From: an uncultured delta proteobacterium | Lineage (GTDB): Bacteria; Myxococcota_A; Polyangia; Fen-1088 | NCBI GenBank assembly: GCA_963755125.1 | Contig: CAVWIP010000015.1 | Span: 192,001 to 256,000, forward strand | DNA: 64,000 nucleotides | Direction: 5' to 3' | Shown: in pieces, positions 62,424 through 64,000 of the stretch | Position numbering within the stretch: position 1 is the first letter of the stretch | Layout of the letters: every line of letters starts with the position of its first letter | Notes under the pieces: model-generated | Database searches by the model: none | The model's input: only the letters and a program-made list of their open reading frames with translations | Told to the model about the DNA's origin: nothing | Made by a program: the position numbers and the translations under genes

Positions 62424-62756
62424 ATGACCAAAGCCGACCTCATCGCCGTCATCGCCGACAAGCTCAAGTTCCCTTGGGCGCGTGCTGAGCTGCTGGTAGA
62501 CGTGGTCTTCGGCTGCATGGAGCAGTCAATGAGTCGCGGTGAAAAGATCGAAATTCGAGGCTTTGGCAGCTTCACCGTGCGCCAGTACCACGCCTACGAC
62601 AGTCGCAACCCGCGCACAGGTGCAATCGTTCCCGTCAAGCCCAAGCGTCTGGCCTTCTTCAAGGTGGGCAAGGAGATGCCCGAGCGGGTGAACGATGGGC
62701 GGCGGTCGACCGGGAGTCAGGCGGGGATGGGCTCGCAAGTACCGAGGGTCTGGTAG
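62424..62756 (+). CDS. HU/IHF-family protein (copy 3, degenerate)
   Basis: Near-identical to 56027 but GRNP>SRNP; tail overlaps the convergent gene by 40 bp. Confidence 0.8.
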   Translation: MTKADLIAVIADKLKFPWARAELLVDVVFGCMEQSMSRGEKIEIRGFGSFTVRQYHAYDSRNPRTGAIVPVKPKRLAFFKVGKEMPERVNDGRRSTGSQAGMGSQVPRVW

Positions 62757-64000
62757 CACCAACCGTTCACGCAGAAGCCGGAGCATTCGCTATCGCTGGT
62801 GCATGAATTCTGTTGGCAGAACCCGCTGGCACCGCAGGAATAGTTGGCCGGACACGTTCCGCCACCAGCCACGCACGTGTTCTGGCAGCTATGGCTCGGG
62901 TTGCACGCCTGACCGGAGCTGCAGTCGGCATTGGTCCTGCAGCCGACAACGCAGATCATCGCTCCATAGCAATAGCAATACGAGCTGGGAGCGGAGTCAC
63001 AAATCATGGTGCCGCCTGTGGAACCGCCATCGCGCACACAGTCCGCGTCGGTCGAACAGTCGCCGGGTCCCATCCGGCATGTACCGCAGCCGGAGGACTC
63101 TCCGGGAGCTAGACACATGAGGAACATGCCACCAGGTGGCCCGCAATCGTCCTGCGAACGGCAAGGCGTTCCCATCGTCGCTCGCGGTTTGTCGGCGGAC
63201 GCATCGGGTGCGCCAGTGCTGCTTGTGCCACCACTGCCACCCGCACCACCCTTGCCGCCGGAACCCCCTGAAGCGGAAGACCCACCGGAACTGGTAGCTC
63301 CGCCTGTGCTTCTCGCACCGCCGTTCGCCTCCGCTCCTGCGTCCACACCGCCTGCCATGACGAAGGTCTTGCACTGGCCGCTCACGCACTCCAGGCCGAT
63401 GGAGCCGCCCTGAGCCGTATTCTTGCCATCCTCGGCCTGCTGGTAGTCGAAGCTGGCGCAGCCAAGGTTTCCGCAGGACACCGGCGGGAACGTGCACGAG
63501 GACGACTTGGCCAGGCCCACCTCCGAGATGGCACCGCAACAGGTTGGCTGGACCACCTGCTTGCAATCGCTCGCCAGGGTACAGGTCTTGGCCGTGGTCG
63601 CGATGGTCCCACTGGAATCGTAGCAGGATACGCCGCCGCCACTCGAAGACGCACCCCCCGGTTCCGCCTGTTCCACCGTTTCCCCCTGTGGCCGTGCTGC
63701 TGCTGCCGGCACCTCCAGAACTTGGGCAGTAGCATTCACACCCAACTCCCCCTTGGCAAAGGGCGAAACAAGTGGAGGGCCTTCCACTGCACACACCTGG
63801 CTCCCGCTGGACCCCGAAGCGCCACCCGTGCCGGACGTTGAGGTTCCGCCAGAAACCATGGTTCCGCCAACTGCCGTGGTTCCGCCCTGGCCCGTTCTGC
63901 CACCACCGACCGTGCTTCCACCTTGTGCCGTGTTTCCGCCAGAAGCGGTGGTGCCACCGGAGCTGCTGAGACCGGTCTTGGCGTTCGAACTACAGCCGTT
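62717..64000 (-). CDS. Gly-rich/Cys-rich multidomain lipoprotein; start beyond window
   Basis: Frame open to 64000 (NGCSSNAK..); C..D.DC repeats separated by GGT linkers. Confidence 0.78.
   Translation of the reverse strand, partial: NGCSSNAKTGLSSSGGTTASGGNTAQGGSTVGGGRTGQGGTTAVGGTMVSGGTSTSGTGGASGSSGSQVCAVEGPPLVSPFAKGELGVNATAQVLEVPAAAARPQGETVEQAEPGGASSSGGGVSCYDSSGTIATTAKTCTLASDCKQVVQPTCCGAISEVGLAKSSSCTFPPVSCGNLGCASFDYQQAEDGKNTAQGGSIGLECVSGQCKTFVMAGGVDAGAEANGGARSTGGATSSGGSSASGGSGGKGGAGGSGGTSSTGAPDASADKPRATMGTPCRSQDDCGPPGGMFLMCLAPGESSGCGTCRMGPGDCSTDADCVRDGGSTGGTMICDSAPSSYCYCYGAMICVVGCRTNADCSSGQACNPSHSCQNTCVAGGGTCPANYSCGASGFCQQNSCTSDSECSGFCVNGWCYQTLGTCEPIPA

Larger units (their letters stand above)
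33072..64000. mobile_element. tRNA-Leu(CAG)-anchored accessory island (mosaic, decayed; right end not in window)
   Basis: Integrase remnant next to the tRNA, no core genes, many pseudogenes, IS elements and recurring backbone fragments. Confidence 0.7.

Noticed and set aside
33072..64000. Classical integron cassette array
   Set aside because: No IntI, no regular attC-type GTTRRRY-bounded hairpins after genes, and cargo lies on both strands.

Overview
GC-rich bacterial window, Myxococcota/Polyangia-like by gene content (inference). It has four parts. (1) 1-2.8 kb: an operon of ECF sigma, membrane anti-sigma and an exported caspase-like protease. (2) 3.14-13.46 kb: an apparently intact ~10 kb phage-satellite/IME-like element integrated in tRNA-Leu(CAA). 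It has both att copies, arm-type repeats, a tyrosine integrase, excisionase, primase-helicase and a TerS-like gene, and carries TPR + Kelch-lipoprotein cargo. (3) 13.6-33.1 kb: an IS4, a GH9 gene and core chromosome (DHH, ppx, tolQRAB, rhomboid, TPP riboswitch-thiC, nth, erpA, FHA-GAF adenylate cyclase), ending in tRNA-Leu(CAG). (4) 33.1 kb to the window end: a second tRNA-anchored accessory island that begins with a decayed integrase. Its orphan Cys/Gly-rich lipoprotein genes alternate with at least five recurring backbone segments. These are HU/IHF x3, a sigma-region-4-like gene tail x3 and three non-coding families, two of which abut a ~150-bp imperfect palindrome. IS5, IS21 and an IS630-like MITE are also present. 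Cargo genes of both islands share near-identical DNA modules (leader, Gly-rich linker, Kelch propeller plus 3' flank, sigma54 promoter), which suggests modular shuffling of surface lipoproteins by a family of tRNA-Leu-targeting elements. No CRISPR array, reverse transcriptase or rRNA was seen. All alignments were done by eye and no database searches were run.
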